This document shows, piece by piece, positions 1 through 13,297 of a DNA stretch of 64,000 nucleotides (its first letter is position 1; every line of letters starts with the position of its first letter). Source of the stretch: Dicyema japonicum (lineage: Eukaryota > Animalia > Dicyemida); NCBI GenBank assembly GCA_011109175.1, contig RDEW01000031.1, forward strand, positions 591,216 to 655,215. Direction: 5' to 3'. The notes under the pieces were generated by a model that searched no databases, was not told where the DNA came from, and worked only from the letters and a program-made list of their open reading frames with translations. The position numbers and the translations under genes were made by a program.

Positions 1-237
1 CCAGAATTACTTCAATTTAAAATGAGGTCAACTATTTATGTCACTAAAACAAAAAGAATGCCATATTAGGCCATTAAAATAGAGAAATTCATCAAGATTT
101 GTAAAATATCCCTAACATGTCTATTTTTAATGAATTCCCCCACTCGAATTTCCATAACATACACAACACAGAATTAAAAGACGAGGTTGCCAGAGTATGG
201 ACAGGTTGAACGAACTACCTAACGATTCAATCACATC

Positions 238-490
238 CCCCTATTTAATAAGTTACCGGAAAATTAATTTGGTTGGTAAACAAACTGTATTTGCCTCTTC
301 TCTGACATGAAATAAGTTTAGCAAAAATGATGGCACCACGATTACTGCTATCAAAGTCAAGATATCAAACCAAATTCCCTTATTAATAAGTTACCAGACA
401 ATTAATTTTGGTTAGTAAACAACCTGTATTTGACTTTTCTCCGACATGCAACAGTGACCAAGATTATTGCTATCAAAGTCAAGATATCAA
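238..490. repeat. Diverged ~135 bp tandem duplication covering the TM-encoding 3' end of the membrane-protein gene
   Basis: 238-368 and 377-490 share ttaataagttacc...ctgtatttg...gacatg...tgctatcaaagtcaagatatcaa, with several substitutions and indels. Confidence 0.8.
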
Positions 491-1158
491 CGACACAGCA
501 AAATACGGATATTATAACTTTCCTGTTTCTATACGATGGTTTACTGGTATTTCTCATGCATTGCTTATCTAAAATATATAAATAAATAAACTGTAGAATA
601 TAGATCCTTCAATATCTCCCTTTCCTTGTATTCGGGCGACTAAACATGGGATTTGGAAATAAAAATTGGGAAATGATTTAACAATTCTTTTGCATAAATG
701 TATTTCAGGATTGTTAGTCGCCCTCTGATTGACTTTAATCTCATAATTATTGTAGTCATCGAAAAAATGTGATACTTCGATCTTTTTAAGGGTATACTCT
801 CCACCAGAGAAAGTGAATGCAAACCACATGTGAACATTTTCGGACGATAAGACAAGACGAATTTCGTCTTTTAATTGAATTCTTTTTAATTCTGCGTCTC
901 TGTCAATCAATATGCGGGGGAAAAGCTAATATTGAATTAAACTTACTTTATTATTTTTATCCTTATATTCAATCAGTATTCTCGCATTTAACATTGCATT
1001 TATTTCACCATTTGGACTACGACTGACCCACGATGTATTGTATTTCAAAATTAAGGGTGAGCATAAATGTTCTAAATTCAATTAATACCATCAATACGTA
1101 GAATTACTGGACTTATCAAAATAATTAATAATTCATATGCATATAAGGATACGGTCAT
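402..1158 (-). CDS. Orphan single-pass (type I) membrane protein, about 228 aa, 3 tiny introns
   Basis: Splicing GT-AG introns at 1072-1097 (or 1072-1088), 926-946 and 569-591 gives one open frame. It runs from a signal-like MTVSLYAYELLIILISPVIL, through the ORF-track segment 569-910, to TM helix VIISVFCCVVDILTLIAIILVTVAC followed by basic RRKVKYR, with TAA at 402-404. Confidence 0.72.
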
Positions 1159-1449
1159 TTATAGGTTAATTATTTTATAAAAATAATTTAATAAATAAAT
1201 AAAATTATTAACAACTAAATCCAGTAAATATCATAATTAAGCAGAATTTCAATCCAAATTGTTGGTAATCACTAGAGCGATTTTTTGACTTTATGACAAA
1301 GTTATCTAGAAAAATATTTTGTTAAATATAAATAAGCTAACCAAAAACTTTATTAAAATATAGAATAATGTAATTCAAATCGTTTCAGGTTAAAAACTTT
1401 GGTTTTAGATAATAAGTTTAAACCAATAAAAATCTTTATGAATAATCAT

Positions 1450-3850
1450 GTGGAAGGAGATTTTTTGAATAGTCGTATATTATATTGTTTTTCTATTTTT
1501 GTAATAGAAATACATTCACATTTATTTATATCGATTTCTTAGATCAAACCAATTTTTGGCTTCTCAATAGAATTAATCAGTCCTTTCTCCTGGACTTATC
1601 TGATAGTCTTTATATTAACTTGAGTTAGATCCATCTTGAACTAGAAATATAGGAATCTAGCGATCGTGGTTATATGTGTTTTCTTTTTTTTAAAGACAAG
1701 CAAAATTCCATTCTTACTAAGCGAAATATCCGATTTTTTCCATATCAGACAAAAACTGATACGACATCCACTCACTCTTGTGGACAATCAAACTAAGCTC
1801 CCTTTCCAATTTAGTCCGACTAACATATAATCTTTCCTTGTTTGCGGGCTTCAGCTGAATTTTATACTCTTACAAAACACGTCGAATATCCAAATCTATA
1901 TTCTCAAACTCCTTTGGTTCAATATTAACCAATATTGTGATAATATTTATTTATGGCTCTAAACAGGTTTACTGTATTGAGCTTTGTATGCACCAAGTTT
2001 ATAATTCTTTTCACATTTTCAGCAATATTGTTCAAAACTTAATGTTTCATGAAATTATTTTCTTTGTCTTCTAACACTCCGAGGTAGCGATAGCCCTCGT
2101 GCTATCCAGAGAATTTATGTCTTCCATATATCTCAGATTAGTGGAAGACTTTCCAAACTGTTCAGCTTACACGACATAGACTTTTCGTCAGTAGAAAGAG
2201 CCTTGTAAAAAAACTTTTCAATAAAAACTAAATGTGATTTCTATTGTTCAATTTTCTTAGTCATATCCTCCTTCCATTTTGAAGACTCAAATTTCTTTGT
2301 GGTAAGAGTTAGGCAGTTTGCACAGCATAAATAATAGAGGAAATTTGATCAATTGATGATGGGTGATTGACTTTAATCCAAACATTAATAACACGGCTCG
2401 AGAATATCCACATTTACGTAAGGAATTTTCTTCGTATGAGGTCTTGGTCAATTGACTGATTCGTCCTTAACCCCTCAATAAAAGTACGTTCACAACGAGC
2501 ATACAACTTGGCCTCAATAAATGTCAAAGACATATCAGGCTTAGAATCTGAGGTCCCCTTTGAATCATGTTCATTGCTCGGTTATTGTTGGTTTTTTTGG
2601 GCGTACATCAGTTTTATAAACTCAGGCATTGTTATTTCCTCTCCAAACTTAGACTTGAACCTTTCTAAGGGAAACATGCCGGACAAGCTCGGCGACCGTT
2701 CGATTTAGGTTTTCTTTACTCAATTCGACACAGAAGTTGCATAATCTGATGAAAATATAGTAAGTTAGAATTAACACATTTAGTGAGTAATTTATACAAT
2801 GTAGGCATGCACGTGATTGATCGCAAATTATCTGACGACACACAAGTTATTTTTTGGGAATTAGATAGGTTACTCCGGTGTAAAAACACATGTCCAATGA
2901 ATAATCCCCACTAACAATTTTCAATTGCTAATCACACAATATAGAAGGGCCTCAAATTGCGTGACAAAAAACAATAGACAGCATCGCAATTATATAATTT
3001 CCAATTCGGTGAAAATTCAATTATTTTCTTGATAAAATCACGTGTTATATCCACTGGAGAATCATTCACCCCAGTTATACATTTTCCGACGATGTTGAAA
3101 TATCTCTGACTTTCATCTTTCACCTACACGGTTTCCCAAAAAGATTAACACTCATATTTTCCCACTTCACACACAGTACGCTGAGCATCACCGGTAAGAC
3201 TTCGATAAAATCTCCTTCTGTTTAATTCGAACACATAATTATCTCTTCTGAATGCTCTCCTGACTCATGAATAGTGAGTTTTTTCCCAGTTTCTAATTTT
3301 GTCTGTAATAGTTGCAACTACTCTGGTGATATCTCCCTTTCGTGATTTCTTATATCCATAAGATGCAAGATATTCATCACTCTTTTTTTACCCTCCTTAC
3401 TCTTTTGGTCCTCAAAGTCACTAAGGAGACACAGATTTTCTTTCAGTACGGCTATCCTCTTTTCAGTATTCTCCATCTATGTTAGTAACTTGCACGTTAA
3501 ACGTTAGAACGTCATATGTCCTGCGTAGATAATCTCTGTTACTTCGTTAAGATCATTGGGTCGTTGGGCAGCTATATAATTTACAATGACTGCATTTAAT
3601 AAGCACATCGGTTCTGAATTACTTGAAACTGATTTTCCGGGTCGGAGCTTTCGCATCTCATTTGAAAATTTTGAAAAATTCTGATTTGAATCTTCAACTC
3701 ATTTACACACTTTCCATAGAGACAGATTTCTTTGAATCTTCAACTCCTCCACACACTTTCCATAGAGACAGATCTGGCACAATTTCCTTTGTGGGGAACT
3801 TCCCAACTTCAGCATTATTTTTCTTTAAGATCCTCCCTTAAGGAATTTCC
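1450..3850 (-). mobile_element. Decayed R4/Dong-like (RLE-type) non-LTR retrotransposon
   Basis: Minus-strand remnants in the expected order: FWETV (~3130), SPNWK (~3000), RSITCMPTLYK (~2800), GYRYLG (~2090), PANKERLYVSR (~1830). Many stops and frameshifts. Confidence 0.6.
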
Positions 3851-4199
3851 TGACATTTAAAATGCTCTTTCTGGTAGAAAGCCTCTAATTAAATGTGTCG
3901 GAAATCAATTGCCGGCCACCACTAGGAATCCTCCCGAATCTTGCTTCGGAACAACCAACAACTTCACTCGTCCACTGGCACTTGTCATTGTGACAAACAC
4001 TGGCGATCACTGTTCTCAGAGATAGTAAATGTCAGGTACAGGCCGTTGTGGTCCACTACTAACCCCAGGTGGTTCATGCAGCTCTGAAGCCAAATGTCAT
4101 ACTTCGAATCGTATATCTTCCATCAAAACAGTAGGAAAGCCAACAGGATTTGTTTTCGTACTTGAGAAAACATACATACAATTATTATTTAAGCCAAAA

Positions 4200-5390
4200 A
4201 AACATCGTCTTAACCACTAATAATATTCAGGTGATCCCGGCATCTCTCATTTTTTCTCGATGATATAAACCTTGACCCCACACATTTTCTATACGGACGT
4301 CTTTTCTTTCTCCTCTTCTGAAATTCCTCCAGTTGCCTCTATGATAGACTCGAGTGTTATGGGAACAATTTCTTTATCCATATATTTTTCCAGTAACTTA
4401 ATTGCTATTGAGTGGATCTTTTGAATTTTTATTAGGTTCGTTACCTAGATCCTAACGCAGCACAAGCATAGCTTATTGTTGGCTCGATATACTGCTTGTA
4501 GAGGGTCTCGATACCTGGCGGATAAATTCCTCCACAGTTCCAAAGAAAGGCTTTTACAAAATTGATCTTCTTTGCACAGGTTGATATGATGGATTCTACA
4601 TGGGCTGAGCAGAGGAAAGTATCAAAAGTTATTTTGTGGTATAAGCACTCTATTTAACGTGACATCTATTGTTTGCGTTCCCATCTTTCTATTCTTAGTG
4701 AATAGAGTGACTGCTGACTTTCCGGAACATGCATTTAATAGATTTTGGCACAACCATCTACATATGTTATTTAGTGTTCCTTGTTATCCTTCTTTAGCAT
4801 GTTCGACATTTACGTCCCTAGATACTATGTCATTGGCATAGGAAAGTAGCATGTCATTATTATTCATAGGAACGGGGAGATCATTCAGAAACAAATTAAG
4901 GAGGATTGGTGACAAAGGAGATCCCTGGGGTACACCATTGGGTAACAATATCGATCTGGAACTCTTGTTTCCGACGCACACTTTCCTTCGGCGTCCACTT
5001 AAGAAATTTGCTATCCATAACTTTAGTGGTGCAGCAATTTGTGTCAAAAATAATTTTTGTATGAGGATCTTCCTTGGGACAGAGTCGAATGCTTTTTGAA
5101 TGTCGATTGTACATATGACCGATTTTTCCTGTTTTGGCTTGTTCTTGTGTCCTTCAATGTTGATAATCCTTCCTTGAAATCATGTTGGAATGTAGGTTGG
5201 GGGAGAGAGGGGCGAATAAGTTTTAGGACCAGTTTCTCCAAGATTCTCGACAATACAAATAAGGGAGACTGGTCTGTAAGAGCTGGGATCGTTCTTCGGT
5301 TTTCCCGGTTTCAATATTGGACGAATTTTTGATTGTTTCCATAAAGTCAGTATGGTATTGATGTTTAGCGTGTGTGATGTAACAACTCGC
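4200..5390 (-). mobile_element. 5'-truncated I/Jockey-group LINE (RT fragment)
   Basis: ORFs 5044-5253 (SRILEKLVL..FQH) and 4784-5047 (NGVPQGSPLSPILLNLF..YAND); the family 3' motif GGGATCAC is at ~4235. Confidence 0.8.
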
Positions 5391-5399
5391 CCATAGGAG

Positions 5400-5730
5400 G
5401 ATTACTAGAAGTCTCCCAGACGCAAAAACATAAACGAGGTTGTCAGGCGACCTATGGATGCACCCGGTTTTCAGTATCTTTTAGAACCTGTCGGTAGGAA
5501 CGATGAACGATGGAAAACGGTCAGATGGGATGTTCACCTTTCCGTTTGAAACCATGAAGCCTCTTGTCTGGGAGATCACCTTCATGGATACCTTTGCTGC
5601 AATCAATATCCACCACTTGATCTTTACTCCTCTCGCTGTGGAGACTTCTGGTACCAATGGAACTTCTACGTACGAATTTCTGAATCACCTTGAGCGAATT
5701 TCACTTGAAATTTGATGGGGAATCACCATT
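5400..5730 (+). mobile_element. Decayed CRE-clade retrotransposon, endonuclease (RLE) fragment
   Basis: DGKRSDGMFTFPF..LVWEIT..DTFA..PLAVETSG, homologous to the RLE at 36480-36720. Confidence 0.7.
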
Positions 5731-6333
5731 ACCAAACTAATTCTCTTCCTTGAGAAGAGGTCAATGACAGAAAAATCCTTTCAGAATAACTTGTTCGGGG
5801 CAGGTGACCCATGGACCTCGATGTGGGTCAATCCACCTCCGATTGATAGGCAGAATAAGAAAAAAGTTCCTGGAAACTGATGACAACGAGAATTGTTGAA
5901 AGTATTGCTCAAATGGAACCCGACCTAGTCAGGGCAACGCGAACGAGCTTTTCGCTAAGAAACATTCTTTATCCGATTCAATTTTGTTTGTCAAGTTTGA
6001 AAAAAGATACCTCGATGCGGGACAGGCATATTTTATTGTTGGAGACATGCCTTATTAGTACAGTGTAGATATCCAATCAACACGGAGGAAGGGACTTTTT
6101 ATTATAATTTCTCTCAACACATTACACAACACGGAGGAAGGACTTCTTTGGTGTGATAAGAGAAAGTCAATAAATTTATTGATTTTTAATTTTAAAATTC
6201 ATTGGGACAATTTTTATGAAAACCTTTTGAGAAACAGATTTTTTAATAATATTTTAAAATTAAATGAATATTGAATTTTATGATTTAACTAAAATTTTGA
6301 TATAAATCTTAATATACACGAATATAAACTAGA

Positions 6334-7299
6334 ATGAATAAAATTCGGTATGTGCTACTGAAAATCAAATTTACAAAAAAATTATTATTATTTCTAATTG
6401 TATTGATATTTAACCATTAATAGTTGGCCTTGGTTATTCTATTCAGAAGAAATAAATCCAAAAATTACCGGCAGCAATACAAATTTTTGTTCGTCGTGAT
6501 TTCAGGTTAAGGGTGAATTTATCCGATAGAACCGAGTCACGAGAGGAAAAGAAATGCAGTGAGGGAGACTTGGGGGAATCCAAAAATAATGGAAAGGGTC
6601 AATTCAAAAGTTATATTCTTTCTGGGACAAAATAAGAAGAAGACTACAAAAATGATCACAGAAAACGAGCGAAAAATTCACAATGATATTGTTATCAAGA
6701 ACTTCACTGAGGATTACAGAAATTTGACTACAAAGGTTGAATATGCCCTCATGTGGGCATTTTATGAGTTTCGAAATTTCAATTACTTTATCAAAATTGA
6801 CGATGATGTATTTCTAAATATTGACAAGTTTGTTCATTTCTTCGAGGAAAGGGTGGATAAAAACAAGTCATTAAAATACCGTCCTTTCATGTTTTGCCAC
6901 ATTAATCGAAAACTTGAGCCAATAAGAAGTCCTCAAAGTAAATGGTATATTTAAATCACGATTAAGGTTCGTTTCGAGAACTGATTACCAGAATTCAACC
7001 TATCCAGATTATTGTTCAGGACATGTCTACCTGATATCTAAGACATCCCTTCTTCTAATCCTGCATAACTGCGAAAATCAAATCAAAATAAGCATTGATG
7101 ATGTTTACTTTACAGGTTGGGAGTACTTTAAACCCTTAAAGGTTTATGTAGAGTAAAGAATAGTATTACATTACTCACACAAAATAAGTTTGTTTTCTAT
7201 GCTCACAGGAATATTTGCAAATTTAAAGATTATATTTCAATCTATAATCTCAATGGTGACTTACTAACCAAGTTATATAATGATTTTAAAGTTTGCTAA
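6334..7299 (+). CDS. Beta-1,3-galactosyltransferase (GT31/Galactosyl_T family), 289 aa, type II membrane protein
   Basis: Introns 6400-6423, 6506-6529, 6945-6966 and 7116-7141 (22-26 nt) give 870 nt in frame. Contains an N-terminal TM (LLLFLILALVILF) and motifs RNAVRETWG, EDYRNLTTK, KIDDDVFLN, SKWFVS, YPDYCSG and DDVYFTG. Confidence 0.92.
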
Positions 7300-7429
7300 T
7301 CTGATATTCGATATTAAATTGTTTTCATTGGTTAGACATTAGAGAATATTAATTATTGAATATTCATTCGATTATTTATTTCCTTGATTTTTACTTACCT
7401 ATCACTTTGTGTGCTTAAGGAAGTTATAT

Positions 7430-9968
7430 TATAACACTTTCACGAAAGTCATAATGCAACACTCAAAGAAACGATATTTATAGTTTGTCTTTTTCATCTT
7501 CCTCTATCGAATGCGAGTGATCTCAATTCGTCCAGGTCGTCCCCCGTCTTTAGATTTTTTCTCACACGATTTAGGTCATTGTTTAAGGCAGTCGGAAGTG
7601 TCGATCTAGGTCGTCCGCGGAAGGGTTTGTCGCAACTGTCAAAGTAATCTTCCATCGCTTTGTTAGCGGGTGCGTCCGGGTTCATTCTTAGTACATCCCC
7701 AAATAGCCTCCACCGGCCATTTATCACATCCTTGCTGATGTATGAACACATACACTTGTTGTAGATACCAGTGGTTGATATTCTATGTGACCACTCAATT
7801 CCGAGTAAGCTTCTTAGTTGCCTTCTATGGAACGAATCCAGTTTCAATAGTTTGTTGAAAGAATTTCCCCATGTCCCAGCGTTGTACAGTAGGATCGGTT
7901 TCACAAACGCGTTGTAGAGCCTGCATCTGATGTCAATTCCAAGTCCTTTGGCTCTTAGCCATCCTTCTTCAGTTTAGCCATTGCCGCATTTGCCAGTGTT
8001 TTCCTCCTTAGTACATCTTCAGCGTCTCCTAGTAGAGAGCCGAGCTTATTAGTACGTCTCCATCTTTCATGAGTAATATCGTCTTATAATTGATTTCCGT
8101 AATTTCAGTTTTGTTTACATTTACGCTGAGAAACCATTTCTCAAGCTCCGCAGGTGCATTTTCTAGTAGGTGTTGAAGTGCGGTCACGTCCCGTGATACG
8201 AAATCCACATCACCCGCATAAGATGTTTCTTCTATGTCTCCTATATAGCATTTAGGAGGTCGCGAAGTGCAGATTCAAGGTATTTGGTAGATAGTAAAGG
8301 GGACAGGGAATCACCTTGTGGTGTCCCAATCGTTGTTTTGACCTGCGGGAAGTTGCTCCTTCTGTCCTCACAGATAGTCTTGTGTTCCTAAGTAGTAGTC
8401 TGACTATCCTAACTGACGATTCATCCAATATTTGATCAAGCACATTCATCAGTTTCTCTTGTTGTTCTTGAGTTTATTTATTGCTAATTCCACCTTTGCT
8501 TCTCCCTGGAAAGGGGGAAAGTTCTTATTTTCTTTATTCAACAGAGTTTCGAAGTGTCGTGCAATCAATTCTGCTTTTTCTTCCGGGTTGCTCACGAATT
8601 TTCCATCTTTGTCTTTGATGTGAAGGGTGTTTTGTCCTTTCTTTGTCCGCAGCAGCCGCATACATCCTTGAATTGTCCTTTAGGCATTCCACATCTTTTA
8701 ATAGGGATGTAATAATTTCCAGTGTTTTCTGTTCATCTTTTTGATTTTCCACTTTAGTTCCCTTTGTTGGATATTAAGCTCTTTTTTTACTCTCGTCTGA
8801 CGTGTTTGCCGCTTTTAGCCGTAGCTCTCTGCAATGCTTTTCCAAATCTGACATGTTCAGGTGGTGATCCAATATTAGGGCGTGATGATTTCAGACTCCA
8901 AGGTATATATTGGCCGACTTGGAGATTACCTGCTTTGTCTGATCCACAGAGTTCGTACTGATGATTCCGGTGCGGTTTTCTCCATAAGAGTCTCGATTTG
9001 TCTGTGATTTTAGCTCTACAAGAGGGCTCTAACCACAATTTTTCTGTCTGAAAGTATATATTGGGCCTTTGTCTCGCCTTCCCGTTTTCAATGTATTTTT
9101 TCCCAGTCAGGTGCTTTTTTACAGAAAGTTTTGCAATGACGATCCTGTGGTCGCTGTCAGTTGTTGTCTCCTGGTAGGAACGTGCATCATTTAGCAGGTG
9201 TTTATCAGACTTTCGGCAGATAATGTAGTCGATTTGATTATATATATTCACGGTCTCCTCGACAGAGATTTTATTTGTCTGTGCCACGTCGTCTTGTGGC
9301 AAGCTGAATGCGTGAAGGCCGTGTTGCACAGGAATAGGCTATTTTCCTCGCAGAAGTTCACCAGAGAAACTCCAAATGCATTTCTCCATCCGCGCCCGTG
9401 TTTTCCAATAGAGGATTCTTCGGGCCACATTCGCATTCCGGCCTTTGCATTCATATCTCCCGCAACAAAGACAAGGGACGAGGAAGCATTATTAGAGTAT
9501 GTGCTTGATAGTTCTGAGTAGAATTCCTCGAGCACACCGGAGTTCTTGATTACTCGTCCACAGTGTGGTGGATGACAGTTAATAGACTCTTGGAGGGGCA
9601 TAGTTCATTTAGTTTGACTTGTAGGACACATATTCGGTCGTTGACTCTTCAATAGCGATGTAATTTTTTGAGGTAATTTACGTGTAGGGCAAATCCCATG
9701 CCGTAGTGCTTGCATTCAGTTAGGAGGAGAATCAGTCGGTAGTTGTTCCATGTCTCATAGCGTCCATTTTCGATTTTCGTCTCTTGTAGGCTGCCAATAG
9801 ATATTTTGTATTTCTCGAGATCGTCACTAAGTAGTTTCCTTGTCCAATCTTTCGATATTCCACGTACGTTTAACGTCATTAGCCTTAGTTCTCGATTGTG
9901 TAATGAGTGATTTTCAGACATTTTTCTTAACCGTTGTACAGAGAAGAAACGAGGCACGTCACCAAAAA
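7430..9968 (-). mobile_element. RTE-clade LINE, both ends intact, internally deleted and frameshifted, 13-bp TSD
   Basis: APE endonuclease (TLNVRG, LQETK, AGDMNAK, NQIDY, DSDH) and RT C-terminus (LYNAGTW, RWRLFGDVLR, RGRPR). TSD AAGGAAGTTATAT at 7417-7429 and 9969-9981. Confidence 0.92.
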
Positions 9969-10175
9969 AAGGAAGTTATATAATGATTTTAATATTTGCT
10001 AATCTGATATTCGATATTAAATTGTTTTCATTGGTTAAACATTAGAGAATAATAATTATTGAATATTCATTCGATTATTTTCTTGATTTTTACTTACCTA
10101 TCACTTTGTGTTAATGCTTAAGTAGGTACGTGGGAGTGATAGTCGGGTTTGTTGATGTAGAAAAATCAATATTTT

Positions 10176-13100
10176 ATTTATTTAAGCACTTCACGAGAGC
10201 CATACTAATAATAGCCGCATGTGCAGCAAAAGAAACAAGGTTAGATGTCATCCTTTTCCATGCTCCCCTGTTCCTAGCCAAGGCTCTCATGTTGTCCAGG
10301 TCGTTGGCATTTATTAGATTTTTTTGATATTGACCAGGTCTTTTTGTAAGACTATTGGCAGTGTTGTTCTTGGTCTTCCACGATAGCGGCCTTCTTTACT
10401 AACATAGTATGTTTCCATAGATATGTTAGCTGGGATGTTAATTTCATCCTCAGCACGTGTCCGAAGAGCTTCCATCGGGATTCCAGTACTTCTAAGCTGA
10501 TAGGTCTAGTGCTGCATCTCTTATATAAAGCATTCCTCGATATTCTCGTAGGCCAAGTAGTTCCTGTTATTTTTCTCAGCTGACCTCTGTGGAAAGAGTC
10601 TAGTTTTTCCATATCCGCTGATGAGGTCACCCAAGTTCCAGCGTTATATAAAAGTACTGGTTTAATGAATGAGTCGTATAATAGGATTCTCATTTTCGTG
10701 TCGATGCCTTTTTGATTGAGCCATAGATTCTTCAGTTTATATAACGCAGCATTGGCTAGAGTTTTCCTACATAAAATATCTTCGCTATCTCCCAAAAGTG
10801 AACCGAGTTTCTTTACTTGTCGCCACTTCTCTTCTAGGACGTTACTTATCCTTCTTATCTCTGTGAGTTCTGTCTTCTCTCTGTTCACAGTAAGAAACCA
10901 TTTCCCTAGTACATCTGGTGCTTTTTCTAATAGGTTTTCCAGGACCTCTTTGTCTTCAGAAATTAGGTCTACATCGTCCGCGTAGATTTTTTCTTCCGTC
11001 TTTCCTTGGTATAACGGTCTATGTTCCCTCATAGCGGCTTCCAAATAAATGGTGAATAGTAGAGGAGAAAGAGAGTCTCCTTGTTGAGTGCCCGTGTTTG
11101 TTTCAAATTTTCTTGAATAGGTCTTTCCGACTCTCACAAGGAGCTCAGTGTTGGAAAGTAGAATTCGGGTCATCCTTAGACTCGATTCATCTAGAAATCC
11201 GCTCAGTACCCCCATTAATTTGTTCCTGTTAACCGTATCAAAAGCTCTTGATAGGTGGCGTCCCGGTATCTATGATATGTTGCACACTTCCATCTGTGAC
11301 TCCAGACCGCATCAGCTGTGGATCTCCATTCTCGAAAACCACTTTGACTATCTGGTAGGTATTTGTAAGCAGATCCTTTTATTTGTTCAAGCACAATGTT
11401 TGCCAAGACTTTGCGTAATGAATTTAGTAGTATGATGGGTCGCAAATTTTCGAGCGGTCCTCTGTTTTTGTTGGTTTTTTGTATGGGGATTAGTAGTCCA
11501 GTACCCAGAGGTAGAGTTGAGTTAGTTAAAAACATTTCATTTAGTAGTGTAGCGATTTTTTCAAAAAGGAGGTCAGGGCCGTATTTCAGTAATTCTGGGT
11601 TTATCGCATCTGGTCCGGGGCTTCTGTTATTCCTGAGTTTTTGGCAGGCCGTTTTGATTTCCTCGGCCATGATTGGTATCTCCAGGGGTTTTGGCCTTCC
11701 ATCAAATGGGTGGATTTCTATGGTTTGATGTTGAAAAGCTTCTCAAAATGAGCCGCAATGGCTTCAGTTTGTTCTTTGGTGTTCAGTATCAGCTTACCGT
11801 TCTCGTCTTTTATGGTTAGTCGACTTCGGTTTGTTCGCCGAAGCAAACGGGCAGCGACGTACACCTGTGCGTTGTCTTTCACTTTGTTTACTTCTATACA
11901 GGAAGCTATTTCTTCTATGAAAAGCTTCTTGTTGTTCTCGTCTTTTATGGTTAGTCGACTTCGGTTTGTTCGCCGAAGCAAACGGGCAGCGACGTACACC
12001 TGTGCGTTGTCTTTCACTTTGTTTACTTCTATACAGGAAGCTATTTCTTCTATGAAAAGCTTCTTGTTCAGACCCTTTATTTTTCTTTTGACACATTGCC
12101 TTTCGCCTTGAAGGGCTTTTATCGTATTATCGTCAGTGGCATTTGATTTTCTCATGTTTATTTCTTTTAGACTTTTCGCAAGCTCAGGAACATCTAGATG
12201 AATAGCCTTCAGGTGCATTTTACTATTCTCCCTTTTGCCAAGACATGCTTCAGCAGCTTGGTTGATGATGTCCTTTGTGCGTTTCCAGGCGTCTTCTAAC
12301 GTAGTATCCACCAATACGTCCTGCATATGAGTCTGAATGTATTGTTGATATCTCTCAGTAGTCTCCGGTTGGGAAATCAGCTTTTCAGTCGCGTAGTCGC
12401 CTCTGATTTTCTCAAATTCGTGATTTTTGGCATTCTTGTATTTGATGGCATGTCTTTTGAGGGTGAAGGTCGCAATAAACTTGTGGTCGCTGACAGTCGT
12501 CGAGCCTTTATATGAACGTGCATTTACTAGAAGGTGTTTGTCTTTAGCCCGGCATATGACATAATCTATTTGGTTGTATATTGGGACCAGCTTTCTCTCT
12601 GAATTCCTTCGCTTCCCCATCCACGTAGTTTTGTGGCAGGCAGGATGCAATATTGCATAGGAAAAAGTTGTTTGCCATACAAAAGTGACCAAGTATTGTC
12701 CCGGGTAGGTTTCTTATTCCACGTCCATGTTTTCCCAAGAAAACGTCATCCGGGTTATTCTTCAACCCGATTTTTGCATTCAAATTCCCAGCAATGAGTA
12801 TTAGTGACTCATATTCGTTGTACGTCCGTAACAGTGCTGAATAGAAGTCGTCTAGTTCTGTCGGATCTTTCGCTACTCTCCCGCAGTGTGGCGCATAAAC
12901 ATTTACAATTGTCAGAAAGCTCTTCGAAGGGGGTAAGTCGTTTAGCCGGATTTGTATAACACAGATCCTGTCATTCACACTCCATATACGGTGGACTGCA
13001 CTTGTCAACTTTGAGTGGATGGCAAATCCAAGTCCATAATGTTTTGAGTCGCTCGGCTGACATATAATTCGATATTCGCCATAGTTCTCATAGTAACTTT

Positions 13101-13297
13101 CGTCTCTTGTAGGCACCCAATAGATACGTCGTATCTCTCCAGGTTGTCACAGAGAATCTTCCTCGACCAGGTCGTAGATAAGCCGCTAGCATTGAACGTA
13201 AGGACCTTTAGACGAGATGCATCCCTTTGTATCCATTGCCTTTTAGACATTTTTCTCAATTGCGATCCAATCAAGAAACGACGCACGTCACCAAAAT
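10176..13297 (-). mobile_element. Near full-length RTE-clade LINE (frameshifted), second subfamily
   Basis: EN (VNVYAPH, NQIDY, VSDH) and RT (SPGPDAI, RPIILLN, QSGFR, QQGDSLSPLLF, YADDVD, KLGSLLG). TSD-like AAATCAATA(T/C)TTT at 10163-10175 and 13298-13310. Confidence 0.93.

Noticed and set aside
3870-4200. GC-richer 5' region of the R4-like element as a possible HDV-like ribozyme
   Set aside because: No nested double pseudoknot could be identified by eye; a descriptor search is needed.
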